DNA from: Candidatus Doudnabacteria bacterium
Lineage (GTDB): Bacteria; Patescibacteriota; Doudnabacteria; UBA920; 2-01-FULL-46-14
NCBI GenBank assembly: GCA_041497195.1
Contig: JBGQGB010000001.1
Span: 279,376 to 343,375, forward strand
Direction: 5' to 3'
Length of the DNA stretch: 64,000 bases
Below the pieces are notes generated by a model that saw only the letters and a program-made list of their open reading frames with translations, ran no database searches and had not been told where the DNA came from. The stretch's first letter is position 1, and each line of letters begins with the position of its first letter. The position numbers and the translations under genes were made by a program. Positions 20,605 through 30,082 of this stretch are shown here, in pieces.

Positions 20605-20955
20605 TTAAGAACCTTGAAAACTACTGGCATCGATTTCTCTCCAATCATCTTCTGCCTCGTTCCACTGGTAGGCTTTGAGGGTGTAGACCAGATCAGTGTC
20701 GGAAAATTTGTATTCCACCCGGGCCGAGTCCCCTTGCCGGTGACTGAAATGAAATTTCTTCTCCTCCATCCGCGGTTTTTTCTGGAATTGCAGCTTGGTC
20801 CGGCCCAACGGGCTTTGAAAAATCAAATACTCTGCCTCGCCTTGCTTGACCTGACCGTCAGCAGTATCAACAATCAAATCCTCAACCCCCTGTTCTTCCG
20901 GAGCAAAATTGCGCTTTATCGTGGTTTTGATTTCTCCCCAACGCTCTAACGTCAT
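20605..20955 (-). CDS. Hypothetical protein
   Basis: Tightly packed in operon after mutM. Confidence 0.7.
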   Translation of the reverse strand: MTLERWGEIKTTIKRNFAPEEQGVEDLIVDTADGQVKQGEAEYLIFQSPLGRTKLQFQKKPRMEEKKFHFSHRQGDSARVEYKFSDTDLVYTLKAYQWNEAEDDWREIDASSFQGS

Positions 20956-20965
20956 AAATTTTTAT

Positions 20966-21880
20966 TTACTTCTGGCAGACCGGACAATACGACGAGGTCC
21001 GGCCGCCGAGCTTAATTTTTTCGATTTCACTGCCACAGACATAACAATACTCCCCATAGCGGCCGTAGACCATATGCTTCTTGCCAAAGGTCCCCTCCTG
21101 CCCGTCGATTTGGAAAAAATCCCCCACAGACGAACCACCACGCTTGATTGCTTCCTTCAAAACCTTGGGGATGTTTCTAAAAATTGCTTGCCAATCAGGA
21201 ATACTCAGAGACCGGACCCGGCGGTTCGGACGGATCTTGGCATAATACAAAATCTCATCTGAATAAATATTGCCGATGCCGGCGATCACCCGCGGCTCCA
21301 TCAAAAACTGCTTGATCGAAATACCTGGCCGCCTTTTGGCCTGAGTCTTCAGGTATTGCAGAGTAAAATCTTTGCCTAAAGGCTCAGGGCCATATTCGCG
21401 CAGCTCCCGCACTGAGGGCAGATCACTATCGCGCACCAGCCGCAAGTAGCCAAACTGCCGCATATCATTGAAGTAGAGTTGCGAGCCGTCCGTGAAAGCA
21501 AAAATCACGTGCGTGTATTTATGCGGCAGGCTCAGGCGCGCTGAGCTGTCTGTATTAAAGAGCTTGACCTGTTTCCGCTCGCCTGACGCGGCGAAAATCA
21601 GCTGGCCAGTCATTTTCAGATGTGCCAACAGAGTGTACGGCCCGGCCAAATCAATGATAAACATTTTCGCCCGCCGCTTGATGCTCTTGATCTTTTGCCC
21701 CTTCAGAAGCTTCTGAAAAAGCCCGAGTTTTTTTGTTCCACCACTTCTGATATTGCTCACCACGCCCGGCCCGATCGAAACCATTTTGGGCAGGCGCACT
21801 TGCACTGATCTGATAGTTTTTCCCAAGATAGTTCGCTCCAACCCTCGCTTCAAAGTTTCGACTTCTGGTAACTCCGGCAT
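20966..21880 (-). CDS. mutM: Formamidopyrimidine-DNA glycosylase
   Basis: MPELPEVET, HLKMTG, GIGNIYSDE, C-terminal zinc finger. Confidence 0.96.
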   Translation of the reverse strand: MPELPEVETLKRGLERTILGKTIRSVQVRLPKMVSIGPGVVSNIRSGGTKKLGLFQKLLKGQKIKSIKRRAKMFIIDLAGPYTLLAHLKMTGQLIFAASGERKQVKLFNTDSSARLSLPHKYTHVIFAFTDGSQLYFNDMRQFGYLRLVRDSDLPSVRELREYGPEPLGKDFTLQYLKTQAKRRPGISIKQFLMEPRVIAGIGNIYSDEILYYAKIRPNRRVRSLSIPDWQAIFRNIPKVLKEAIKRGGSSVGDFFQIDGQEGTFGKKHMVYGRYGEYCYVCGSEIEKIKLGGRTSSYCPVCQK

Positions 21881-21976
21881 GTTTATCGTGGATAAGGGTA
21901 GTGAGTCGGCAAATCTTATGGTAAAATAATTATACCTTACTCTGCACATTATAAGCTACCTGCTCCCAACTAGTTT

Positions 21977-23485
21977 ATGGAATACCAAACCGTTTACGAC
22001 AATTTGAAACTTCACTATAAAAGCGAGCAGTTGAAGCTGTTTGAACGGGCGTATGAATTTGCCGCCAAAGCGCATGCCGGCCAGACCCGCAAATCCGGCG
22101 AGCCGTATATCACCCACTGCCTGGCAGTGGCCGACTACCTCGGCAACCACCTTCATATGGATGTCAATACTGTGGCGGCCGGACTGTTGCACGACATCAC
22201 CGAGGATACCTCCATAACTTTGATAGAAGTGCGGCGCAACTTTGGGGACCAAATCGCGTTCATGGTCGAGGGGATCAGCAAATTGGGGCAAATCAAACTG
22301 CGCAACCAGAAAGACGAAAACTACATCGAAACCTTACGCAAAATGTTTCTGGCCATGGCCGCGGACATCCGCGTAGTGCTCATCAAACTCGCCGACCGGC
22401 GCCACAACATGCTGACTCTGCAATACCTGCCGGCGGAGAAACAGGACCGGATTGCCCGGGAAACCATGGAAGTCTACGCCCCAATCGCGGACCGCCTCGG
22501 CATGGGCGAACTGAAAGGCGAACTCGAGGACCTGTCCTTTCCCATCATTTACCCAAAAGAGTTTGCCTGGCTGACGGACCAAGTCAAAGAGCGCTATGAG
22601 GAAATGAAAGCCTACGTCCAGCGGGTCCGGGAAATCATCATCAAAGATTTGCAGGAAACCCGGGTGCAATTTTTGGATATTAGCGGGCGCATAAAACATC
22701 TCTACAGCCTTTACCAAAAATTGCTACGGCCGAAATACGACCGGGATTTGAACAAAATCTACGATTTGGTGGCCTTGCGCATCATCACCAAGACCCTGGA
22801 AGATTGCTATACCTGCCTGGGCGCCCTGCACTCGAAATACCGCCCGCTCCCGGGACGGATCAAAGACTACATCGCCTTTCCCAAACCAAATGGGTACCGC
22901 AGCATCCATACCACCGTGTTCGGTCCGGAAAAACGCATCCTGGAGGTGCAAATTCGGACCAACGAAATGCACCAGGAAGCCGAATACGGGATCGCCGCCC
23001 ACTGGGCCTATTCGGAAAAAGGCAAACCCCGCCGCGGGGTGAAGGTCCAGCACGAGCAACTCGACTGGGTCAATCAGCTGCGCGACTGGCAAAAAGAAAT
23101 GGGCACGGATTCGGAAGAATTCTTTGAATCCCTCAAAATCGACTTTTTCAAAAACCGCATCTTCATCTTCACCCCCAAAGGCGATGTCAAAGACTTGCCA
23201 GAGGGAGCCACGCCTCTGGACTTTGCCTTTCTGGTCCACACCAATCTCGGCCTCAATGCCATGGGCGCGCGCGTGAACGACAAAATAGCCAAGCTCTCGG
23301 ACGAGCTGCAAAACGGCGATTTGGTGGAAATCATTACGGGCAAAGAACCGCGCGTGACGCGCGACTGGCTGCGGTTCGTCAAAACCTCCAATGCCCGTGG
23401 CAAAATCCGCGGCTATCTCAACAAACACCAAAAAGGCTGGCTCACCGGCCTGCTGCCGAAGATCCCGTTCATCAATAAGAAATAA
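21977..23485 (+). CDS. rel: RelA/SpoT (p)ppGpp synthetase/hydrolase, HD+SYN+TGS, no ACT domain
   Basis: RKSGEPY, LLHD, KPNGYRSIHT, EVQIRT, FTPKG...ATPLDFA. Confidence 0.93.
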   Translation: MEYQTVYDNLKLHYKSEQLKLFERAYEFAAKAHAGQTRKSGEPYITHCLAVADYLGNHLHMDVNTVAAGLLHDITEDTSITLIEVRRNFGDQIAFMVEGISKLGQIKLRNQKDENYIETLRKMFLAMAADIRVVLIKLADRRHNMLTLQYLPAEKQDRIARETMEVYAPIADRLGMGELKGELEDLSFPIIYPKEFAWLTDQVKERYEEMKAYVQRVREIIIKDLQETRVQFLDISGRIKHLYSLYQKLLRPKYDRDLNKIYDLVALRIITKTLEDCYTCLGALHSKYRPLPGRIKDYIAFPKPNGYRSIHTTVFGPEKRILEVQIRTNEMHQEAEYGIAAHWAYSEKGKPRRGVKVQHEQLDWVNQLRDWQKEMGTDSEEFFESLKIDFFKNRIFIFTPKGDVKDLPEGATPLDFAFLVHTNLGLNAMGARVNDKIAKLSDELQNGDLVEIITGKEPRVTRDWLRFVKTSNARGKIRGYLNKHQKGWLTGLLPKIPFINKK

Positions 23486-23513
23486 AAAACCGCCCCGTGA
23501 GGGCGGTTTTTTT
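23484..23513. terminator. Bidirectional terminator
   Basis: AAAAACCGCCC-CGTGA-GGGCGGTTTTT. Confidence 0.8.
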
Positions 23514-23518
23514 CTGGG

Positions 23519-23695
23519 CTCTTTCTTGGAGCAGGAAGTTTCAAGGAGGAGATCACTCGTTTGGAGTGAAACTTGAATTTTCCTGCCCCGAGAAAGAGGA
23601 GGAAGAGTAGCGCTTGATGCGTCACTCTTCCTCGGAACACAATTACCTTGAGCCATCCGTCAGGACAGCTCCAGCCGATTTGCATCGGCTCAGCC
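23519..23695 (-). ncRNA. Unassigned structured RNA / 3' UTR
   Basis: Consecutive hairpins including AGCCGAT-GCAA-ATCGGCT and GAGGAAGAGT/ACTCTTCCTC; AAGGTAATT linker shared with 14271-14279. Confidence 0.45.
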
Positions 23696-23700
23696 AGGAT

Positions 23701-23943
23701 TTAGGCGCTAATGCAACCTCGCGCTATTCTCGCTGCGCAAAACAGGCAACTGCCTCTTTTGCCACCGTTGGCCTCCACCCAGGCCCACACTTCGTCATCG
23801 GTGGCTGGGCGACCATCAATTGCCCAGCGCTGTTCTGGCCTCGGACGGCGCGCTTCAAAAACTTGATATTGCACTGGGTGCTCTCGGCGGACTCGCAGCA
23901 TCGACTCATCGGAATCCAGCACGAATTGCTGTCGTACGTCCAT
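23701..23943 (-). CDS. Small orphan protein with CxxC
   Basis: GAGGAGG SD; CLFC. Confidence 0.6.
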   Translation of the reverse strand: MDVRQQFVLDSDESMLRVRREHPVQYQVFEARRPRPEQRWAIDGRPATDDEVWAWVEANGGKRGSCLFCAARIARGCISA

Positions 23944-23946
23944 TTT

Positions 23947-24038
23947 TTCCTCCTCAAACTTTTGTCCCTGCCTTCCCTGTACGGATAAGGACTTACAAGG
24001 ACTCGCTGCAATCCCCTAAGGGCCTTTTGAAACTTTTT
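23947..24038 (-). repeat. 92-bp leader repeat, copy 1
   Basis: 86/92 identical to 24433-24524. Confidence 0.95.
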
Positions 24039-24136
24039 TCAAAGAACCAATTTTCAGACCGCGAATGATTCACGATCTGGAAAAAGGTGAGGAAGGCAGT
24101 CGCGAAGTGCATGCGACTGACCTTCCTCATTGATCT

Positions 24137-24430
24137 CTACAGCCTGCTGTGTACCAGCAGGAGCAAAATCCCGATGACATGGGCGACGAGGTACCCCCCC
24201 GCCATCCTATCTACCCTTGGATATCTTGTCCCGAAGTCCGAAAACCCAAAGGATTGTGACTGAGCCCAAACTCCGATGAGCCGGAACCCCGAAACCAGGG
24301 TGATAAAAGCCCACACACCGAAAAGTACACTCCCAAAGTCTCCGGTGTGGGCGTGGCAAAACAACCAAGCCCAGGCCACAAAAACTCCCACTCCAGCAAA
24401 ATAATAAGCAACTCGACTCTTCGGATTCAT
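24137..24430 (-). CDS. Small orphan membrane protein, about 3 TM
   Basis: GAGGAGG SD; hydrophobic segments. Confidence 0.65.
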   Translation of the reverse strand: MNPKSRVAYYFAGVGVFVAWAWLFCHAHTGDFGSVLFGVWAFITLVSGFRLIGVWAQSQSFGFSDFGTRYPRVDRMAGGYLVAHVIGILLLLVHSRL

Positions 24431-24432
24431 CC

Positions 24433-24524
24433 TTCCTCCTCAAACTTTTGTCCCTGCCTTCCCTGTACGGGTAAGGACTTAACAGGACGTGCTGCAATCC
24501 CCTAAGGGCCTTTCGAAACTTTTT
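24433..24524 (-). repeat. 92-bp leader repeat, copy 2
   Basis: 86/92 identical to 23947-24038. Confidence 0.95.
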
Positions 24525-25049
24525 CTTGCGGAAAGCGAACTGGATACTTTCTCTTTCGTGCAGCTGTTTCTAAATCAGCTTCCATGCATGGGATTCCGAA
24601 TTTGATCCGGAACGACTATAAATTGAAAATAACCAGATGGCTTTCCGCAAACACTGTCTATTCAGTTGTCAAAGTGCGCTCCTTATCGAAACTCCTCACT
24701 TTCGTTTCGGAGAAAATTGTATAGAGGATGCAAGTCAGCTCTGGAATGCAAAGGGCTAAAACTCCTGTTTTATAAATCCCTGATCCCCGAGCGGCCCTCC
24801 TCTACACAACTCTCTCCTCCAACTTCGCCTGCCTGTGGCAGGCTTCGCTGGACTATGAAAGAAACAAAAACCTCTCCTTGAGGAGAGGCAAAAAAACACT
24901 CTTGAACTACCCCCTACAGCCTTTCTCCTCAGAAAGCCTTGGGCACCAAATTTTCGTCTGCAAAAAAACAATCATTAGCTTAACGACCGAGTATATACCA
25001 AACAAAAAAGGCTCATTTTTGAGCCTTTTTTAAGTAATTGTGCTAGTTT

Positions 25050-25646
25050 CTATTTCGGAAAAACTTCATCGTCAGTGCGCTGATAGTCATGCACGGTTTC
25101 GCGGCCAAACCAGTGCTCGATCTCATGCTGGGCTTCTTCTTCTGTTTCCGACGCATGGACCAGGTTGTAGACCGCGCGTTTCTCCCGGTTCGCGACCGCG
25201 GCTGAGTCCACGCTGAAATCTCCGCGAATCGTGCCAAGCATTGCTTCCGACGGCATGGTGTGGCCAGCCAATTTCCGGACCATGGCGACTGCATGCACTC
25301 CTCTGATCACCACTACCACCACTGGGCCGGACGTCATGAATTCCAAAAGCCATTTGCGCACTTGGGGGCCGATTTTTTCCGCTTTGTCCGTGCCCAGCTC
25401 TTTGATGGCGTCATAACCGTACTTCTGGTAAGTCGACAAAGTTTTTTCGCCCAGACGCGTAATCCATGCTTTGTCCTTGGGGTAATGATCGTCCACCTGC
25501 TTGAGTGATGGTTTCATCATCTTGAGGCCCACGACTTTGAGGCCGACCTGCTCAATCCGGCGGACAATCTCGCCGGTGAGCCCGCGGCGGACGCCATCTG
25601 GCTTGATCATCAAAAAAGTTGTTTCTTCGCGCGGATGCGTGGCCAT
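25050..25646 (-). CDS. ndk: Nucleoside diphosphate kinase
   Basis: IKPDGVRRGL, SGPVV, GTIRGDF, NLVHASE. Confidence 0.95.
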   Translation of the reverse strand: MATHPREETTFLMIKPDGVRRGLTGEIVRRIEQVGLKVVGLKMMKPSLKQVDDHYPKDKAWITRLGEKTLSTYQKYGYDAIKELGTDKAEKIGPQVRKWLLEFMTSGPVVVVVIRGVHAVAMVRKLAGHTMPSEAMLGTIRGDFSVDSAAVANREKRAVYNLVHASETEEEAQHEIEHWFGRETVHDYQRTDDEVFPK

Positions 25647-25650
25647 GGAT

Positions 25651-26325
25651 TTATTGTTGGAGAGTCGCTTTTTTAATTATCACTGGCTGCAAAGGTTTGT
25701 CTGTAGCCGGGTCGGTTTTGACCGCGGCAATCTGGTCCACGACGTCCATCCCCTCAGTGACTTGGCCGAACACCGTGTACTGATTGTCCAGTTGCGGCAG
25801 GTCCTGCAAGGCGACGTAGAACTGGCTGCCGGACGAATCGCGGTTGGGATTGACCTGATCAGAGAGCCTGGCCATGGCCACGGAGCCGCGCTTGTGCGGC
25901 AGCTTGATTTCCGCCGGGACCGTGTAGCCAGGCCCGCCGGTGCCGTCGCCTTTGGGATCGCCGCCCTGAATCACAAAACCGGGAACAATCCGGTGAAAAG
26001 TCAGACCATCATAAAATTTTTGGCCGACGAGTTTCTCAAAATTCGCCACTGTTCTCGGGGCGGCAGAGGCGTCGAGGGAAATCTTGATTTGGCCGAGACT
26101 GGTATCGAGGACCACGATGGATGAGTTGGAATTGTTGGCTGGCGTTGAACTAGCCGGTGACTGCTGGGTCAGTGATGCTGGCTGTAGTGATGCTAGCTGT
26201 CCGGTATCAGTGCTATAGGGATTTGTGTTGGCCGGGGCATGGCTCTTGAACATCCCGGAAAAAAATATGCCCCAGACCAGAGCGCCGGCTAACAAAACGA
26301 TTAAAACGATAACCCAATACTTCAT
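25651..26325 (-). CDS. Membrane-anchored cyclophilin-type peptidyl-prolyl isomerase
   Basis: [27 protein letters not shown]. Confidence 0.93.
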   Translation of the reverse strand: MKYWVIVLIVLLAGALVWGIFFSGMFKSHAPANTNPYSTDTGQLASLQPASLTQQSPASSTPANNSNSSIVVLDTSLGQIKISLDASAAPRTVANFEKLVGQKFYDGLTFHRIVPGFVIQGGDPKGDGTGGPGYTVPAEIKLPHKRGSVAMARLSDQVNPNRDSSGSQFYVALQDLPQLDNQYTVFGQVTEGMDVVDQIAAVKTDPATDKPLQPVIIKKATLQQ

Positions 26326-26347
26326 AGATTAAACCTATTATTGCATA

Positions 26348-27238
26348 TTAGCGGGGCCCTTGCAACCCTCCTGACCGCGGCAAAAGCTCGACCCGTTCCG
26401 GAAAAAGCGCAAATGCAACATCGCCGTCCTGGTCTGTGCGCAGAACATGGGCTGGGTGGCGCCCCAAAACGTCGAGTGTTTCTGGAGCTGGCTCACTGGC
26501 AGAATTTTTGCCCACGGAAATCACACTGTAGTCCGGGTGGACCGCGGCCACAAAATCCTCGCCACTGGCGTGACTGGAGCCGTGCTGGGCCACTTTCAAA
26601 ATCTGCGCATCCACAGGCACCTGCCATTGCAGCAATTGGGTTTCCCCGTCCTTGTCCATATTGCTGGCAAACAGCACGTGCTGGTGACCAAAAGATACGC
26701 GACCGACTACTGACACACTGTTGACGTCAGCGGCGGGATCAGCGAAATTGGCAAACAGCGGAGCATATACGTCAAACGTCGTGGAATCGTCCAAATAAAT
26801 TCTCTGCCCCAAGCGCGGGGTGATGATGGGGATATGTTTTTTTGCCAGCAGCCGACGAAATTCATAATAGACGCTGGCACTGGAGCCTACGTCAGACAGC
26901 AACACCTGTTTGACCTCATAACGATTGAGGATGTCCACCAGGCCAGTGACATAGTCTGCCGAGGCGTGGGTCAAAACCAACAGTTCGATGCTGCGGTCTA
27001 AAAGCGGCATGGCCTGACCCAATTTTTCCACCACGGTTTTGTCAGGGCCGCCATCAATCAAGATATCGCTGCCGTGGATAGTGCGCAGATAAATAGCGTC
27101 TCCCTGCCCGACATTGAAAAAATACAAGCGGGCAAACCCCAACGGCCGCATTTGCCAGACGCCAAACCAAATCGCCAGGTTGGCCAAAAGCAAAAGTACC
27201 ACCACGTACCACACTCGGCTAAACTTTGATCCGGGCAT
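26348..27238 (-). CDS. ComEC-associated MBL-fold protein with degenerate metal motifs
   Basis: NVGQGDA, LIDGG, LTHASADY, LKVAQHGS, RTDQDG. Confidence 0.85.
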   Translation of the reverse strand: MPGSKFSRVWYVVVLLLLANLAIWFGVWQMRPLGFARLYFFNVGQGDAIYLRTIHGSDILIDGGPDKTVVEKLGQAMPLLDRSIELLVLTHASADYVTGLVDILNRYEVKQVLLSDVGSSASVYYEFRRLLAKKHIPIITPRLGQRIYLDDSTTFDVYAPLFANFADPAADVNSVSVVGRVSFGHQHVLFASNMDKDGETQLLQWQVPVDAQILKVAQHGSSHASGEDFVAAVHPDYSVISVGKNSASEPAPETLDVLGRHPAHVLRTDQDGDVAFALFPERVELLPRSGGLQGPR

Positions 27239-28688
27239 ACTCGAGATAATAGTGAAAATTCTTGTAATACCGATAAAGCCAAACGCCCAGCAGTATTAGC
27301 AGATAATAGATGGGCAGCGCCCACCAATGCATTTGCAGGGATAAAGCCGCAAACGGCAGGTGCGCGAAAAATTGGATAACGCGAATTTGAAACTCGAGAA
27401 ACACCCACGGCAAACTCGCCACCAGATGTCCCAAAGGCAAATAAACTATGCCGGCCAGTCCGGCCACAAAGGCCAAAAGCATGGTATAAGGAATGGTCCA
27501 GAGGATGAGAACATTCACCACAGGTGCGACGATGGAAATCCGATCAAAATAATAAATCAAAATGGGCAGGGTGAAAATCTGAGCCGCCAACGTAGAAGAA
27601 AGGTTGGTACGAAAGCCCAGGACATCAGGGACACGGGCAAACCATTTCTCAAACATCGGCGATAAATAAATGAGCCCCAGCGTCGCCAGAAAGGACAGTT
27701 GAAAACCGATGTCATGGCTCAAAATTTTAGGATTAGCCAGGACCATTATGGCAGCCACAAAAATCAAAGCATTCAGGGACTGGTAAAGCCTACCAAGATT
27801 GAGTGCGAGCACCACCAGCATACCCATGACCGCCGCGCGCACCACTGACGCATCCGCGCCGGTGAGGATGACAAAAGCCAACACCGTGGCCAGGGACAGC
27901 CAAAAGGCGACCCGCTTGCCCCACCACGCTCGGGTTTTCAAAAGATTTCTGGTGATGACCGAGATATTGTAACCGGAGATGACGACGATATGAGAGACCC
28001 CGGCCAAAACCAGGGCGGCTTGGAAATCCTGAGGCAGTGCTCGCTTGAGCCCCAGGATCAAGCCCAAAGCGAGAGCGCTATGCGGTTCGGGCAGGCTGGC
28101 GGACAAAACCTCGACAAATTTGCGCTTGATCGAAAGCAGAAAGGCTTTGACCGGATTGCCCTGTTTTACGGCCAATTTTTCAATCTTGGGAAATCGCACC
28201 ACAGCATAAGTATCAAACCGCGCCAAATAATTTTTGTAGGAAAAATCCGGGGTCTCAAACGGCTCTTCCAGTTTACCGGTAAATTGCAATTTGTCCCCGT
28301 ATTGATACTCCGGATATTTGGAGACATTCAAAAGCACGGCTCCCGTGTAACCCTCGACTCGCATGGTCAGATTGGTCTGCTTGTCGCGCACATCCGGCTC
28401 TTTCACCACGACCCCGGTCAACTCGACCTTTTGCCCAAACAGCCGGCCGACGAAATCGGGCCGATTCACAGGCGAGCTGGTTTTGAGGCGCACTGCCCCA
28501 GCTAGCAAGGTCAAGACCAGGCACGCGATGAGTAAAACTCTTTTGTTTTGCCAGGCCAGGGTCAACAAAATAATAAAAATCATGGCTGTTGCAGCCATGA
28601 CGTAATAATTCAGATATGGCCCCGAGAACACGCCGAGGAGAAAACTGAGACAAAACAAAAGGAATATTTTCGACTTGCCCAATTGCAT
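27219..28688 (-). CDS. comEC: ComEC/Rec2 competence channel
   Basis: GVSHIVVISGYN, SVVRAAVMG, GFQLSFLATLG; start approximate. Confidence 0.92.
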   Translation of the reverse strand: MQLGKSKIFLLFCLSFLLGVFSGPYLNYYVMAATAMIFIILLTLAWQNKRVLLIACLVLTLLAGAVRLKTSSPVNRPDFVGRLFGQKVELTGVVVKEPDVRDKQTNLTMRVEGYTGAVLLNVSKYPEYQYGDKLQFTGKLEEPFETPDFSYKNYLARFDTYAVVRFPKIEKLAVKQGNPVKAFLLSIKRKFVEVLSASLPEPHSALALGLILGLKRALPQDFQAALVLAGVSHIVVISGYNISVITRNLLKTRAWWGKRVAFWLSLATVLAFVILTGADASVVRAAVMGMLVVLALNLGRLYQSLNALIFVAAIMVLANPKILSHDIGFQLSFLATLGLIYLSPMFEKWFARVPDVLGFRTNLSSTLAAQIFTLPILIYYFDRISIVAPVVNVLILWTIPYTMLLAFVAGLAGIVYLPLGHLVASLPWVFLEFQIRVIQFFAHLPFAALSLQMHWWALPIYYLLILLGVWLYRYYKNFHYYLEYARIKV

Positions 28689-28726
28689 ACTGCCCTTCCC
28701 TTCAGAACAAAAGTCTTGCAAAATTG

Positions 28727-30007
28727 CTACATTTTCAAAACCCTTCCCAGCTCTTTCTGCTTCACCACCTCCTGCTTGCCCGTGCTCAAATTTTTCACGG
28801 TCGCTTCCTCTTTGGCCGCCTCATTCTGGCCGATCAACACCACAAACTTGATATTCTTCTTGTCCGCGTATTTGAGCTGCTTATCCAATTTCACCGATTC
28901 ATAATAAAACTCAGTCCTGATCCCTGCCAGGCGCAGCTGCCGCGTGACCGCAAGATACCGCTCTTCCAGCGCCTCGTCCAAATTGCAAACCAACACTTCA
29001 GAAGCAGCCCCTGCGCCGACCAGCTCCAACTCTTCGAGTACCGTCATGACGCGGTCAATCCCGAGCGAGCCGCCGACTGCCGGGATTTGTTTGCCGGCAA
29101 ACATGCCGATGAGCTGGTCGTAGCGGCCGCCACCAGCAATGCTCCCGAGCTCGGCCGCATCTGGTGCTGTGATCTCAAAAATCGTCCCTGTATAATAATC
29201 CAGGCCGCGGGCGAGGGTCAGGTCAACTTCATAATTTTTCACTTCCATATCCAGGAGAATTTCCACCAGCTCGGCCAATTCCCCGGCTCCCTTCACCTCT
29301 TCCAGTTTTTCTTCAATGTCAGAAGCATCCTCGAGACCTTGCCCCAGAAACTCAAACAATTTGTCAGCTTGTTTTTTTTGAACCCCGGCTGCAGCGAGTT
29401 CCCCGCGCACGCCGTCCTCGCCAATTTTTTGCAGTTTATCCAAGCTGCGGATGGCGGCCATGGTTTTTTTCGCCTCGATTCCTGAGGCTTTCATCAACCC
29501 GTCCAGCACTTTCCGATTGTTGACGCGGATGATGACATCTCGCAGGCCCAATTCGCTGAGCGCGGCATTGAGGCAAGCGATCACTTCCGCATCAGCAAAC
29601 AGCGACTCAGTCCCAACAATATCAATATCGCACTGGGTAATCTCGCGGTAGCGTCCCTTCTGGGGCCGGTCCGCCCGCCACACTGGCGCGATCTGGTAGC
29701 GTTTGAACGGCATGGCCAACTCATTTTGGTACTGCGCCACCACGCGCGCCAAAGGCACGGTGAGATCATATCTCATGGCCACATCTCGCTCCCCCTGGTC
29801 TTTGAACTGGTACATCAGCTTGTCCCCCTCATCCCCATACTTGCCGGCCAAAATTTCGCCATACTCCAGGGCCGGGGTTTCCAACGGCAAAAACCCGTAG
29901 CGTGCAAACACGCTGCGGACTCTGGCAAATACGTCGGCCCGGGCCGCTGCCTCCTCTGGCAAAAAATCCCGGAAACCTTTGAGGGGTTGGATATTGTCTT
30001 TGTTCAT
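28727..30007 (-). CDS. hisS: Histidine--tRNA ligase (intact)
   Basis: KGFRDFLP, RYDLTVP, WRADRPQKGRYRE, LARGLDYYTG, GGGRYD. Confidence 0.97.
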   Translation of the reverse strand: MNKDNIQPLKGFRDFLPEEAAARADVFARVRSVFARYGFLPLETPALEYGEILAGKYGDEGDKLMYQFKDQGERDVAMRYDLTVPLARVVAQYQNELAMPFKRYQIAPVWRADRPQKGRYREITQCDIDIVGTESLFADAEVIACLNAALSELGLRDVIIRVNNRKVLDGLMKASGIEAKKTMAAIRSLDKLQKIGEDGVRGELAAAGVQKKQADKLFEFLGQGLEDASDIEEKLEEVKGAGELAELVEILLDMEVKNYEVDLTLARGLDYYTGTIFEITAPDAAELGSIAGGGRYDQLIGMFAGKQIPAVGGSLGIDRVMTVLEELELVGAGAASEVLVCNLDEALEERYLAVTRQLRLAGIRTEFYYESVKLDKQLKYADKKNIKFVVLIGQNEAAKEEATVKNLSTGKQEVVKQKELGRVLKM

Positions 30008-30082
30008 AGATTTAGAATAACATTTTTAATGATTTCGTTCGAATTAAGTAGGGCAAGACTCGGTAGAGTCTTGCCCTCAAGC

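Noticed and set aside
23724-24497. ORFs starting MQRVLVSPYPYREGRDK and MQHVLLSPYPYREGRDK
   Set aside because: Similarity only reflects the leader repeat; TTG starts lack SD and overlap better-supported ORFs.
14160-24524. Integron attC sites in the hairpin spacers
   Set aside because: I could not find RYYYAAC/GTTRRRY cores at the hairpin ends, and there is no IntI gene in the window.
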